Source: Anthoceros angustus
Lineage: Eukaryota; Plantae; Anthocerotophyta
Assembly: GCA_010909165.1 (NCBI GenBank)
Contig: MU008184.1
Location: 310,001 to 374,000 of the forward strand
Direction: 5' to 3'
Length of the DNA: 64,000 nucleotides
Below are positions 38,256 to 51,900 of the stretch, piece by piece. Below the pieces are notes generated by a model. It had not been told where the DNA came from. It was given only the letters and a program-made list of their open reading frames with translations, and ran no database searches. How positions within the stretch are numbered: the first letter of the stretch is position 1; each line of letters opens with the position of its first letter. The position numbers were made by a program, and so were the translations under genes.

Positions 38256-38565
38256 CAGGGTCTAGGCCTCAAACCCAAGGATCAAGTCTTCCAAGAGGCT
38301 CTACACCTATGTCTCCTTCGGCCTTCAATCTGAGATCTGGTCTTCCATCCAATTCACAGAGTCCTCCCTCCTTTTTCCTATCAATAGGTAGTCTCCTTCT
38401 GGCTCTTCTAGTACAAGGTGGACTCCACTAGATTCATCTGGTATTATGGTTCAATTGACCCCTTCTCAACTAACTAAGAGAAGGGCTAGCTCCTTTGGAG
38501 CCATTGGCACGAGTAAAACCGATCTCAAACATCTAGGCAAGCATTAGAAGATGGATCTCGGGCTA
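37916..38565 (+). pseudogene. MORN gene duplicate, 5' fragment (early stop and frameshift)
   Basis: Homologous to ~22688-23340; begins MELA*; truncated by the LTR starting at 38566. Confidence 0.9.
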
Positions 38566-40900
38566 TGTTGTACTTATAGGTGACTGTGATGAAGCCCTTA
38601 AGCGATTCCTCAATGCCTCGATTTGGCCGGGATTTATATAAGGATTATCCATGGATTACGAAACAAATTACATGAAAACGCTCTTGGTGGTGCCTTAATC
38701 TACGCTTACTGTATCCATATCTTATCCGTATCCCTCCTATAACTAAATGGATTTACTTGTATTTGTCATGATAACTTGCCAGGGGTAGGCAAAGTTTGGC
38801 CGCAAAACTCAGAGAAGGCATGATATTGGGCGAGGATGGAGCGACTATGGGTGAGGTGGGTATGTAGTTCCCAAGTAGCGTTAGACAGTGGATATCCTAC
38901 CCTTTCCATAAAATAAGATATTCTGTTGCTTACAACGGGTGCGATGACGGAGGATGCGTTCGGCCTCGTATTCGGAATGAGGGAAGTGAAGGAGGATCGA
39001 GTGGGAGGGTTTCCGATATAGCGTTTGAGTAAGAAGACGTGGATGACGTCATGGATACGGAAATGGGAAGGGAGATCAAGGTGATAGGCCACAGGGCCAA
39101 CGGCTTGGAGGACGGGAAAGAGCCTATCCACTTATCGGATAATTTGCAGAACCAATGAGGGGGTTGAGATAACGAGTGGATAACAAAATCTGGTCACCAA
39201 GGAAGAAGAATTTGGGACAGTGATGGTGATTGGTATGTTGAAGTTGGCGGTTTTGAGCTTCAAGGGTCTGCTAGCAAACTTGATGAAGTATTGTGGCACA
39301 TTGTTGCAAAAAGTCCAAGGCAGCTGGGGCCTTGTCGGCGGCCGGCAGGGTGGCTCCTAGGATTGTTCGGGAATGAAAGCCATACAAAGCATAAAATGAG
39401 CATACTCCTATGCTAGCATTATGAGAGTTATTGTAGGCGAACTCAGCCAAGTGAAGGTAACGTTCCATTGTGTCTGCTAGATCTAGCAATTTGTCAGCCT
39501 CTAGAGGCTGAAAATTTCCCGAAACATATCTTTGACTGTTTGAATGGCTTGCTTCGTGGCCCCATCAATCTCCAGATGGTTAAGTCAATAGAGTTTAGTC
39601 TACAGCCCCCCGTGCAATGCTTGCCAGAATTGAGAGGTAAACTTGGGGTCTTGGTCATGACTTTCTATGCTGCGAGGAAGACTATGGAGATGGTAGACAT
39701 GTTGTAGATAAAGGTCTACAACATCCGGGGCAATGCAAGTATCCACTGTAGGTGCAAGGTGTGCCATCCTTGTAAGCTTATCTGTGAAGACCAAGACTGC
39801 CGTGTATCCCTACGGGGTGGGAGGCAACCCGATAATAAAATCAACAGTGGACTGTTCCCAGGGTCAAAGAGGGATGGGCATGGGTTGAAGGAGTCCTGCT
39901 AGCTTCTGGCGTAGGGCTTTGATCGTTGCAAACATAAGAGAGTCGAATCCAATTGGTGATGTCGTTTGCCATACGGAGCCAGTAGTAGTGGACCTGAAGA
40001 TTGTGGATTGTACGTTGAATCCCTTGATGCTAGGCTACAAACGGGGGGACATAAGCTTCATGAAATAACGCTAAACAGACATGGGAAAGTGGAAGAATGT
40101 ACAGCTGATCTTTGAAATATAATATTATCAAGTTTCCTATCGACAGGGGCACACACTTACTCTGTGTGCTAGGCTTAGCTAAGTGCTGGCCATTGGCAAA
40201 CGTGACGTAGCCCCACTGGGCTCCTGTATCCAAAGTGTGCCTCCGAGTAAAACTGGTCGACATAAAATTACAACTCGCCCCACAGTCAACCAAAATGGAG
40301 CAAGTATGGCCAACCACCCGTCCCTGTAATCATAAAAGGTTTTGGACCTTCCTCCTCTCATGGGGGGTACTTCCTATACAAGCCATGACTACCCCCCCTG
40401 CCCTCCCCCCCCTGGTAGTCATACCTACTGGTTTCCCGCCACAGCAGGCCTCACCTTGGGAACTTCTGTAATCTCATTCAGCTGGGATCCTTGACCTCTT
40501 GGACTTCAGCAATCTCATTTAGCCGTGCCTCGAAGGAATCCCACCGCTACATCAATTTGCTGAGCCAGGGGTATCAGCTGCAGCCTCATATGCCTCCGCA
40601 CCTAATCCAACCATCAACATCATAATTTTTGAAGGGGGTGAATAATCTCGAAGAGGGTTTTCCGTAACTAATCTCTGAAGGGGGTTTTTGATGGGCCCTA
40701 AAACAGCGTTTTTAAGGCATTCCGGAAAACATCTCCGAAAAAAAGGGTGTCACCCACTAAAGTTCCTACTTTCCATCCAGCAATGTTTCTGTCGAATGGT
40801 GGTCGCAAACTCGAACCTATCGGATTAATGCAAAGTAGGAACGGTAAGGAAGGCCGTTCCTGCCGGGAAGGGAGGACTGTAAATTCAGTTTAGGGAGGAA
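38566..40900 (-). mobile_element. Chromovirus (Ty3/gypsy) remnant: 3' LTR ~38566-38773, chromodomain-integrase, protease, gag; RT/RNaseH deleted
   Basis: ILVDCGASCNFMS protease, HQGIQRT..YYW, PWEQSTVDFIIGLP, VFTDKLTRMAH, DPKFTSQFW, YLHLAEFAYNNS, PVAYHLDLP..IHDVIHV and VGYPLSNATWE. The LTR is similar to 50118-50328. Confidence 0.92.
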
Positions 40901-41302
40901 AATGTGGCTTAGTAAAGACACAACAAAAGCCATGGACAGGGTATTTCCAAAACACAATAACATCTAGAACCAGACGTACAACATTCACTCTGGGACCCTG
41001 GGACAAACCGTGATTTCAATTTCACTCATCACCAGAGTTCAATCCTTCGTCATCACTTTGTCCATCTTCTCCAGCATTGTCATCACTATCTTCAGACACT
41101 TTGACTGCGCGTGTATGAAGCACAACAACATGAGCTTATCCCTTATCGCTTTTTTGTCCACCGCATACACATATTTCCGTGCGTTCAACACAAACCCACA
41201 ATATAGGATGGCTGTTTCATTCACAAACACCTCATGTATGTTGTTTGGGTAATGGCTCGGCATCGGACCAGATGGGTTGGCACTTTGACGGACTATGTAT
41301 TC

Positions 41303-44300
41303 TGTGGCGCGACTTTCGCTGATGGCCAGCCGGGCGCGCACAATCCCGTGTCGTTGTAGGAAGAAGTCCGTTCCCAAGGGAATGATAGGCTCCGTTTGCC
41401 GCGTTTCAGGTGATTCTTACCTCACTTTGCGCTCGTTCGGACCTCCGCCTTTGTCGCTAACTACTCTAGCGTTCACCGTCTGGCCGGTATGGCCAAACGT
41501 TTAGGGACCCGTTCGCGTCCGTATCGTTCACATTCGTCACTCACACTTCCAGTCCTTTCCTCTCTCCACTCACGCTACACTCATCAGTCATCATTCTTAG
41601 GGAAAGGCCGCGGGTTACCGGTCCGGACCTCCTCGTCGTTCATGGGCCTCTCCGTCCGGGCTCTGCCGCCCTCCGGAGTTCCTCGGCTCACGTTCGGTCT
41701 TTGGTGCGGCTCGGGCGAGCACGGGTCACGATCACCCTTCCCACACACACACCACAACCGTTAGGTCCGTCACGGGACCACAGTCAATCTCCCGGGCGCC
41801 GTGCACCTTTCGGTGACTCGGGACTCACGTTAGCAAGAAGACACACAAAGGTGCAGAGCAGCATCAACACCAAGAAAGATGATTTATTGAGCGGCCTTAG
41901 CCCTCTTATACTCGGAAGGTCGGCGCCTTTATTACACCTCTATTACGGTGAGGCCATTTCGGTGTGCCTAACCGCCTACTACTATCCTCCCTATTCCGCC
42001 TATCGCGTCGGTGGTGGTGGATAGCCCGATTCCTTCTTGGCTGGCGGCCACAGCCATTGCGGCGCGCAATCGGATGATCCGGCGGACCCTTCCTCTTCCA
42101 GTGCAGCCGGTGCGCCACCGTGGCGGCGACAGCGATCACCACTAAGTCTTCCTCGTCCTCCCTCTTCTCTCTGGCGGGCCCTGCGCGATGGGCCCTCAAG
42201 GCTGGATCTGCTTGGGGTTGGTGGTGGTGGCTCTCCCCCACTCCCCGAGTTTGGACCTCAGGACCCTGTCTCGACTCCGGGGTCCGGACCTCTAGGTCCG
42301 GTCTTCCCTCTGGGGTCCGGTCTCCTGGACCCGGCCTTCTTCTGGGTCAGGTCTTCCCCTAGGTCGGTCTCTGGCCGGCCTTCTTTGAGTCCGGTCCTCG
42401 GGGTCCGGACTTGCCTCTGGGGTCCGGTCTTCTGGACCCAACCCTTCCCCTGGGGTTCGGACCTCAGGGTCCGGATTCGTCACTAGAGTCTGGATCCCTA
42501 AGTCCGGACCTCGGGGTCCGGACTTCCTTGAGGCGGACCTCGGGATCGGCCTTTCCTCAGTCAGGACAAAGTCAGGACCCTCGAACTCTGGGCATGCCTC
42601 CTCAGGGCTGGTCACGGGTTCATCTCTGAGCCCTCCCTTGGTTCCCGAATGCCCGGTTGCACCCTTCCTTCCTCTCAAGATCCTCCCTCTTCCTTCCATG
42701 CGAGGTCTTGAGTGCTTACCTCCGGTGTGGCGACCCTTCCTCCTCCGGTTCCTCCTGCTCTCCCTCGCTGCTGCTGCCGTCATCAAGCAGGCGCTCCTAG
42801 GACTCCGTGGTTGTCTTGTCCCGGGTCCGTCCTCTCGCTCCTCCTTCCATCCTTGAGTCCACCCTCCTGCTGGGGTGGCGCGGGACCTCGAGCCTTGAGG
42901 AGCTCTGCGTGGTAGTAGGCGGTCGGAATCGACTTGAATCGCCTCCTCTACATGAGCCGGGCACCGGTACTCCCTCCTCAGGTGCTCGACAGGCGGATCG
43001 CCCGGCCTGGCCGTCTCGTGGCCAAGCTTACGGTATGGTAGGCGGACTCCTTGAGGCCGTCAAGGCTGCCTCAGTTACCTCTTGCAACCTTGGCTGCTCG
43101 GCGTTCTCCTCCTCCGTCGTTGTTCCGGCTCACTTGATTTGCGGGCCATGGGTGAGCTCCTACACTTCCTGCCGGACGAGCTAGCCTCTCCTCCAGTGCT
43201 TTCTTCCCTCGTCTATTCTTTCCGGAGGTCCTCCACTTCCTTCTCCAGGCGGGCGGTATCCCGTCAAACTCAGCTTCCTCCACATCCTGCAACCTTGCGG
43301 CGTGAACTCCTTGCCGTCGCCTATTCTCCTCCTTCCTTCCATCCTTTGGAAGTCCACCCTCCACCGGGTGGCGCGGGACCTCGAGCCTTGAGGAGCTCTG
43401 CGTGGTAGTAGGCGGTCGGAATCGACTTGAATCGCCTCCTCTACATGAGCCGGGCACCGGTACTCCCTCCTCCGGAGGTGCTCGACAGGCGGATCGCCCG
43501 GCCTGGCCGTCTCGTGGCCAAGCTTACGGTATGGCGGGCGGACTCCCTTGAGGAGGGCCTCAGTTACCTCTTGCAACCTTCTGCTGCTCGGCGTTCTCCT
43601 CCTCCCGTCGTTGTTCCGGCTCACTTGATTTGCGGGCCATGGGTGAGCTCCCCTTCCTCCTTCCTGCAGCAGCGTAGCCTCTCCTCCAGTGCTTTCTTCC
43701 CTCCGTCTATTCTTTCCCGGAGGTCCGCCACTTCCTTCTCCAGGCGGGCGGTATCCCGTCAGGCTCACGGCTTCCTCACATCCTGCAACCTTGCGGCGTC
43801 GAACTCCTTGCCGTCGCCTATTCTCCTCCGTCTTCAAGCGGGCTGGGCGTTCTACCTCTCGCTCGAAGTCTTGGATTCTCTCGTTGAGAACCCCTGCTCC
43901 GTGCATCTTGGGTTGCAACTCCAAGGTGTCCTTCATCCTCCGGCTCCTGCCGCCCTTCTACCTCCTGCGGTGCACCACAGGTCCCCAATCTCCCGGGTGC
44001 TGGCCTCGATGCCTCCTCACGGCTCGGCCGTGCTTGCTCCCCTTGCTTGCTCGGCCTTGGTTGGCGCGGCTCTCTCGGCCGCCTCCCTCCTCCGGTTCCG
44101 ATCCGCGGTAGTGATCGCGATCGGCCGCCTCCTTCCAGCCACCTTCACGAGCCTCTCGGCTTGGCTCTGGTCTCGTCGGCCGCCGCGGTCCAGAGCTTTT
44201 ACGCCGCTGGCCTCTTGCCTCCTTCGCTTCCCTCTCGCCTCTCTGCGGAGGTCCTCGCCAGCGCTTGGGCCTCCTTAGGCCGCTTGGTACTCCTCGGTGA

Positions 44301-47300
44301 AGGAATTTAGTCGGTCCTCGGGGGGACTTGCCTCAGGTCCGGTCTTGGACCCAACCCTTCCACAGGGTCCGGACCTCGGGGTCGGATCGTCACTGAGTCT
44401 GGATCCCTAAGTCCGGACTTCCTTGAGGCGGACCTCGGGATCGGCCTTTCCTCGAGTCGGGACAAAGTCAGGACCCTCGACTCTGGGCATGCCTCCTCCG
44501 GGCTGGTCACGGGTTCATCTCTGAGCCCTCCTTGGTTCCCGAATGCCCGGTTGCCCCTTTCCCCTTCCTCTCAAGATCCTCCCTCTTCCTTCCATGCGAG
44601 GTCTTGGGGTGCTTACCTCGGTGTGTGACCCTTCCTCCTCCGGTTCCTCCGGCTCTCTCGCCTTGCTGCTGCCGTCAAGCAGGCTCCTAGGACTCCGTGG
44701 TTGTCTTGTCCCGGGTCCGTCCTCTCGCTCCTCCTTCCATCCCTTGAGTCCACCCTCCTGCCTGGGGTGGCGCGGGACCTCGAGCCTTGAGGAGCTCTGC
44801 GTGGTAGTAAGCGGTCGGAATCGACTTGAATCGCCTCCTCTACATGAGCCGGGCACGGTACTCCCTCCTCAGGTGCTCGGGGGCGGATCGCCCGGCCTGG
44901 CAGCCGTCTCGTGGCCAAGCTTACGGTGAGGCGGACTCCCTTGAGGCCGTCAAGGCTGCCTCGTTACCTCTTGCAACCTTGGCTGCTGTTCTCCTCCTCC
45001 GTCGTTGTTCGCGATTTGCGGGCCATGGGTGAGCTCCCCTTCCACCTGGCCGGACGAGCAGCTGGCCTCTCCTCCGATGCTTTCTTCCCTCGTCTATTCT
45101 TTCCGGAGGTCCTCCACTTCCTTCTCCAGGCGGGCGGTATCCCGTCAAACTCACGGCTTCCTCCATCCTGCAACCTTGCGGCGTCGAACTCCTTGCTCGC
45201 CTATTCTCCTCCGTCTTCAAGCGGGCTGGGCGTTCTACCTCGCTCGAAGTCTTGGATTCTCGTTGAGAACCCCTGCTCCGTGCATCTTGGGTTGCAACTC
45301 CAAGGTGTCCTTCTTGTCCTCCGGCTCCTGCCGCCCTTCTACCTCCTGCGGTGCACCACAGGGTCCCCAATCTCCCGGGTCTTGGCCTCGATGCCTCCTC
45401 ACGGCTCGGCCGTGCTTGCTCACTGCTTGCTCGGCCTTGATTGGCGGCTCTCGGCCGCCTCCCTCCACGGTTCGATCAGCCGATAGTGATCGCGATCGGC
45501 CTTCGTGGCCTCGCCTCCGCCACCTTCACAGCCTCTCGGCTTGGCTCTGGTCTCGTCGGCCGCCTCCGCGAGATCCGAGCGCCTTCCGGGCCTCTTCCGC
45601 TCCTCTGCGCTCGCCTCTCTGCGGTCCTCGCCAGCGCTTGGGCCTCCTTCCTTGGTGTTCCTCCGGTGAAGGAATTTGTCCGGTCCTTGCGGATGGACGG
45701 ACCTCCCTCTCGCCTCGGCGTTTCCTTCCTCAATCCGGCGTTTCCTTCCTCAATCCGGCGAGGGTTTGCCTCCTTCTGCTTCCTCCTTGGGGCGGTTGTA
45801 GGCGCCTCGGGACCTCAAGGTCCATCGCCTTGGGTCCTCCGGAGGTCCTCCACTTCCACAGGTCTTCTCGGCCATCCCGAGTCCCAGGCATTCCGTCCAT
45901 GGCGGTAGCACTCGCCGTGTTTCTTCCACGGCGCCTGCAGTGAGACCCTAAAAGTCCGTGGGGGGCATCTCACGGTCCGTCAGGACCTCCATACCATGAT
46001 CGGAGCAAGTCGGTGGGTTCTCGGACAATCGGGACCCTTAGGTCACGAGTGGTGAGCTCCACCCTCCTTGGCCCTTTTGGCGCGAGCTCCTTCTCGCCCT
46101 TTTCTCCACAGGGCTCGGCGGAGGTGATGGAGTCAGGAGCACGCCCTTTGCCCCTTCACATCGGCGGCAGGACCCGGCTCTGGATCACAGGCTGCCCGGT
46201 GTCCTCCTGCTCACAGGCGGCGTCCCTTCGCCTCCTTCTGCTTCCTCCTTCTTGCCACTCGTCGGCGGGGAAGAGTCTTGGCACCGGCCCAGGGTGCAGC
46301 GTTGGTAAGTGGTCTTGCGTCTCTTGGCTCTCTCACAGTCGGCGGGGCTCCTCGGTAGGAGTGATGGCGGGGGCTGCTGGGGTCAGGCAGCTTCTGTTGC
46401 TGGTTGGGGCACGGAAGGAGGAGGAGGCGGGGAATTTCTTCCATACTTCCACAGGTGGTGAGGGGTCCGTTCAGCGTATGGAGTCAGGAATCCTCGATCG
46501 TCCTCCTCCGAGTCCGTTTGGTTTTCGGAGGCCTCCTCCCTCCGGCGCCCTTGCCGCTCCACTTGGCGGGGCCTCGGTCCTTTCGGGCGCTCGCTCAAGC
46601 TCTCCTTCCTTGAGGAGCTCGAAATGCCCCATACATGGATCGGTATGGGGCGGCCCAGATGGCGAAGGCTTCTCGGTCCTTTCGGGCGCTCGCTCAAGCT
46701 CTCCTTCCTTGAGGAGCTCGAAATGCCCCATACATGGATCGGTATGGGGCGGCCAGATGGCGAAGGCTTCTCGGTCTGAGCTTGCGAGCCTCACAGCTAA
46801 GCCGGCGAAGATAATCCTTCCCAGTCCGCCCTCTTCCCAGCTGCGGTAGCGTGCGGGAACACCAATAGATTATCACCAAGGTGATCCACCTTGGTAGTAG
46901 GTTCGATGGACAATGATCCGGGCCACCGCCCTTACTCATTGTCAGTGGATATCGACCAACCGTTGGTGGTCGTTGCGTCGAGCCTTAGCATCGCTGCTGT
47001 GGCTGGCCCTATCTTCCCCTTCGCCTTGAGGGGCTCGGCACCAACCCCCCCTCTTCCTCCTTGGGGCGGTTGTAGGCGCCTCGGGACCTCAAGGTCCATC
47101 GCCTTGGGTCCTCCGGAGGTTCTTGGACCGCACCTCCTTTATTGACCGCCCGGCATCTTCCGGGCAAACTCCCGGACGGTGACACTATCAAATGTCGGAC
47201 CATGGAACACATCCAAATGCCACTCCTGCACCAATTCTCCGCTTCACGGGCGAGGCCCAAAGTCCGGATAGCGCGGGTCACAATGTTGCGCTCCACAAGG

Positions 47301-48008
47301 TTCCATGGCTCCCAAACTTCCGGGCTTTTGGGTGCCATCGCCTTCTCCTCCTTGGTTCTGTAGCCGCTTGTGGAGGCTAGCAGCACGTTGCGCCTTCTTG
47401 CGCGTTCGCTCCGACCTCAGCGGTGAGCGGCAGGCGTCAGTGTCCCGAGATACCGAGAGCGGTGCGGGCGCAAGGATCGCGAGGTCTCGGTGCGTGGCAG
47501 GACCTTCTCCTGCGACCACGCCGGGAGTGCGGCGGGCGCCTCTTCCTCCGCTTCACGGGCGAGCCCAAAGTCCGGATAGCGCGGTGCATGGCTTACTGCG
47601 GCCCCTCGCCGCGCGTACTCGGCCTTACGCGCGCGTACTCGGCCCCTCGCCGCGGTCGCGGGCGTGAATACTGCTATAACGGCCTCAGCAAATTCACGGT
47701 CTGACCCGGCTGCATGCCCGTCCTCCACTCGGGGTCGTCACGTGGCGTCGCCTAGTCGTCCTTACGGCCCAACTTCTAAGTTACTTTCCTGGCGTACTTA
47801 TCACCTGGTCACAGGTGGGTCGGACTTATCCGTTACCTTATGCCGCCATCGTAGGCCTAGTCGTTCCTCACTCCGGTCGGAGTATACTCCAGTGCCGTCA
47901 GTGCTAACGTGCTTATTTTCCCCTTTTTAGCCTCATTTATCCTTACTCCCCCAAAAAAAACAAAACCCTACCTAATTTCTAACCCCCCAGGGAAGTCCGT
48001 AGTCCACA
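41303..48008. mobile_element. Family A element copy 2 (TGTGG...CCACA, 5-bp TSD TATTC), 6.7 kb with internal tandem duplications
   Basis: tattc at 41298-41302 and 48009-48013; both ends homologous to 3812-13242; internal block repeated near 42880, 43375 and 44770. Confidence 0.9.
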
Positions 48009-48571
48009 TATTCCTACACATATCTCCCTTCGTCCGCATCTGTGTGCTCGGTCCGATACTAGTGAATAAGAAAGTGAGGTCGTGGTGCATCTAGCTTCGC
48101 GTCAATGACTCTCTCCAATCCAGAATGGCCTGTTATGCGTGTCCATGGTGCACGGCACTGCCAGAAACATCCCCTTCCAGATTTCCATTATATCCCCATT
48201 TATCCGCGTCATTCCCACTGTTGCCTTCCGGCATTTTGCTATGCCTCCAAGTACATATCACGCTGTGGCAGGTCCCTTAATAATACCTCATCCAGCAAAG
48301 CTTCATCCGACACTTGAAGTGGTTAGGCTATATGATCCACTTCTGCGTGTGAAAACCACTTCCAAGGACGCTGTAGCACTAGCCCAATGTTATTCTCCAC
48401 AATGATAGCAACCTCCTCCTGGTCCACCCAAAAGGCTTCCCACCACTTGTACTCTTCAGCCGTCACCTATGGATGCAAATCTTTTAACCCTTCCTGCAAA
48501 TGGGCCACACCTTCCGTCCGTGATAGGATACCTGCTGTTCCCTTCTTGTCCCCCCCCTAGCTTCACCCGCA

Positions 48572-48643
48572 TGCACCGTAGGATGGTGCTAAGGGAGGGC
48601 GCCGGCCGACCGGCGCCCTTCCTTAGCACCACCCGTCGGTGCA
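48572..48643. repeat. GC-rich 34-bp-arm hairpin followed by related partial repeats to ~48760
   Basis: tgcaccgtaggatggtgctaagggagggcgccgg vs reverse-complement arm, 4 mismatches, loop ccga. Confidence 0.85.
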
Positions 48644-49769
48644 TAAGGGGCGCCGGCCACGGCGCCTCCCTTAGCACACCATGCCTTGCCCATGGGCGGC
48701 CGGCGCCCTCCCTAGCACACCATGCCTTGCCCATGGGCGCCAGCGCCCTCCCCATGGGCTGCTCAGAGGCTGTCTTTAAGAAAATGAATATTTAGTGGCT
48801 CAAGAGTCTTGAAACTTGGGATTGTTAGTCAAGTGCTTGGGAAAAAGGTCTAATAATGAATAGGTTCCGAGTTCAAATTTCATATCTTTTGAATAACTCA
48901 ACTTTGTTGGTTTAAAGGAGGCTTGCATGGGCACATGGGCAACTAACTTTGTTCATTTTAAGGACGCTGACATTGCCTTAAAGCCCAAGTGGTTGCATTG
49001 AGTGCCAAAAGGTTGAAGACCACGATTGGCGAGCTTTTGGATGAGGGTCAGCAGACCCTAAATGTTGTGTGGCAGTCGACACCGTCCGAAGCTCAGCCCA
49101 AGAATTATACTAATGAATACGAGCAAGCATTGGAGGAGAATGGCAGCTTTGACGCAGAGGATATGGACCGCCTTCGGAATTTGGTGGTGGTCCTTGACTC
49201 AGTATCGGCGCAAGGCATAGACGAGTTGCTCGGCTGCACTCTTGAATGACTGTTGTCGATGCTGATGACCACTTACTCCTTTAGGAGTTGTTTGTTGAAA
49301 TGTTCTCACCACCACTGAAATAAGACTCCCGCTAATACAAGATTGTTTTCATTGTGTTCCACCACTTGAAAGTAAAAGTTTTCGGTTGTAATAAACATAT
49401 GAAAATGGCAGCCCTCTATGCATTCTACAAAAACGCAGACGGGCCCACACCCTACTGTGCTCTAGTTCTGGAGTGTAAACTTGAAAGTGCGTCTTTTATC
49501 AAAGGTATGGGCTCAGAAAGGATGTGCGCATTATCAAAGTACGGTATATATGCTATTGCAGGAAGGGTGTACATCGTGACAAGGGGGTGCTGTCTCGACC
49601 AAAAGGGGGTTACTATATTCCCCCCTTCAAAAATTATCATGTTCATCGATTTACTTGCTCTGGATCCTCTCTTCCATCGAAATTCTCCGGCTTAGCCACA
49701 CTCAAAGAGGAGTGTGGGCCTGCAGCACCGTCTATAATGCAACCTCAAGTTATAAATCATGAGATGGTT

Positions 49770-50020
49770 ATAGAGTTCTAGGTAATCCGGGGTAAAAGTC
49801 AACATAGATTGCTCAACCAAATGTAGGTTAGGAGCATCTATATGTAAGAGATCCGAAGATTGTGGGACGAGTCCACATAGATTGCTCAACCAAATGCAGG
49901 TTGGGAGCATCTATATCTAAAATATACGAAGATGGAAGGATGAGTCCACATAGATAGCTCAACCAAATGCAAGTTGGGAGCATCTATATCTGAGTGATAC
50001 GAAGATGGAGGGATGCCTGT
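49770..50020 (-). pseudogene. Inverted MORN-gene fragment with a 73-bp unit triplicated
   Basis: Reverse complement of ~23440-23530 (HIDAPNLHLVEQSM.TFTPDY); units start 49802, 49875, 49948. Confidence 0.88.
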
Positions 50021-50117
50021 AAACCCTCATCGCCATCTAGGCTTTGTTATTCTCCAAGGCCATTGAATAGGGCCCTTTGGTCGTGATGAGGGTAACATTG
50101 GCACATTTGACGTATGC

Positions 50118-50870
50118 TGTTATGGTAAGTAGAAGTAAATCCCAGTAGTTATAGGAAGGATATAGATAAGATACAGATACAGTACGCACGTAGATTAAGG
50201 CACCGCCAGAAGCCGTGTTCATGTAATTTATTCCGTGATTCACGGATAATCCTATTATAAATCCCGGTCAACTCAAGGGATTGAGGAGCCCCGGTAGGGT
50301 TTCATCAAAGTCACTGACAAGTGCAACAATTGGTATATCCCATGTCCCACGTTTCGGGCCATGGATCCTCGAAATAGGCATTACCCGCAGTATGATTACG
50401 ACGAGCTTAGGCAGTTTCCTGTGCTACCGGGAGAGTGGCAGGCGCTTTTGAATTTGTTCTGGCAAACTACAGCAAAATTCCCGCCCTCAAAAGAGAATCT
50501 GAGACAGCTCTTTACTTATGGCCTCGAATTGTCGCAAGTGCCGCAAGAGGGGCGCTCGTACGGGATCTTGTGGGGGGATCCTGTCTTGGGGTAACCTTAC
50601 CAACACCTCCAGCTCCCATCCAATACTCGTGGAGCCAAGGGCACCGGAGCGCGTGGTTGGATTGGTAGTAGAGGTAGAGTCTCAGGTGGATGAGACGTCT
50701 CTCAAGCTGCGAGACATCTCCGGGCTACTGGACAAGTCCACTTTGAAGCAAATTCAAGATATGGTTGGTTTCGATACACTCTTTGCACCCCAAGCGGTCA
50801 TGTCTTCCGTAATTCCGGCAACTACCTTGACCAACAATGAGGCTTCACCATCAGCTGCAAAAGGTAGACA
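50118..50870 (+). mobile_element. 5' LTR (50118-50328), putative PBS and gag start of a truncated gypsy element related to 38566-40900
   Basis: TGTTA...CAACA ends followed by at-TGGTAT at 50331, then ORF MDPRNRHYPQ; opposite orientation to the 38566 LTR. Confidence 0.75.
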
Positions 50871-50872
50871 AA

Positions 50873-51900
50873 GCCATTGCAAAAGTTATTGTAGAAAAAA
50901 AGGCTTCTGACTATCATGATGTAGCAAGGTCCATGCTATCGTGGGGTAGTGCAGGTGGTTGATATCTTTGTGATGTAGTTGGAGGTTTACCTCACTTCAT
51001 GGGCATGGGCAACACTAGGTTTCTGATTCAGTGTCTCGTAAGGAAGCCTTATGATTGCTTTATGAAGGACAATGTGAGTACGGGATGAAAACATGACATG
51101 GATATTTACTTTATGCAAATGGCCAAGAATATTGTGGAGATGAAAAATGGGGAGAACTTTGGTCATGGTTGCATGAAATACAAAGATGGCTCTATTTACG
51201 AGAGGAAATGGTGGCGAGGTAGGAAACATGGTATTGGAGCCTACTACTACATTGATGATGGATGTTATATGGGTGCATGGAAGAAAGACCACAAAGATGG
51301 ATGAGGCGTATGTTGTTGGCCATCAAAGAGGAGAAAATGGGAACGAGAGTGGGTGAATGATTTTCCTTATAGTGGTGCCATGTCACCTTTGGAGGATAAT
51401 AAATATAAAATATTTAACATGGCTAACATACCTCACCAATTTTCAAAGACTTGTTGGAATAGATTCACAGACAACATACTTCCCCAAGAACCACTTGGAA
51501 CCAGACGTCCTATAAAACCGCTCACAATCAAAAGAAAAAAAATTCGTCATCCTAGTCTATCAATTTAACCAAAGATTGCATCAATGCATAAACTAAGAGA
51601 CCAAAATAAAATTGATGGAAAATGGTTTCAAAAAGAGTTCCAAAATAAGCTAATGAGAAGTATGCCTTATGAGTATGCAGAAGCAATGAAACATTCTTCT
51701 CACAAACTTGCCCTGGGACATATGCATCGTGATATGTTACACGGAGCACATCGTACTATATTAGATGAGCACATGTACGAAATTTGGTTAAGGTTGGACG
51801 AATAGACCTTGACACAAATGAAGGACAAAAGCTCACTGTTCATTTGCAAAATATGACAAAGAAGAACAATAATGGGATCAGCTTCAATAATATCCTTTGA
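50873..51900 (+). pseudogene. MORN gene duplicate, 3' fragment with stops and frameshifts
   Basis: Homologous to ~23535-24560 (HGCMKYKDGSIYE.KWWRGRKHGIG). Confidence 0.92.

Noticed and set aside
41303-48008. Frameshifts in copy 2 interpreted as biological decay or recoding
   Set aside because: Dense scattered 1-nt indels resemble uncorrected long-read consensus error; cannot be resolved without reads.
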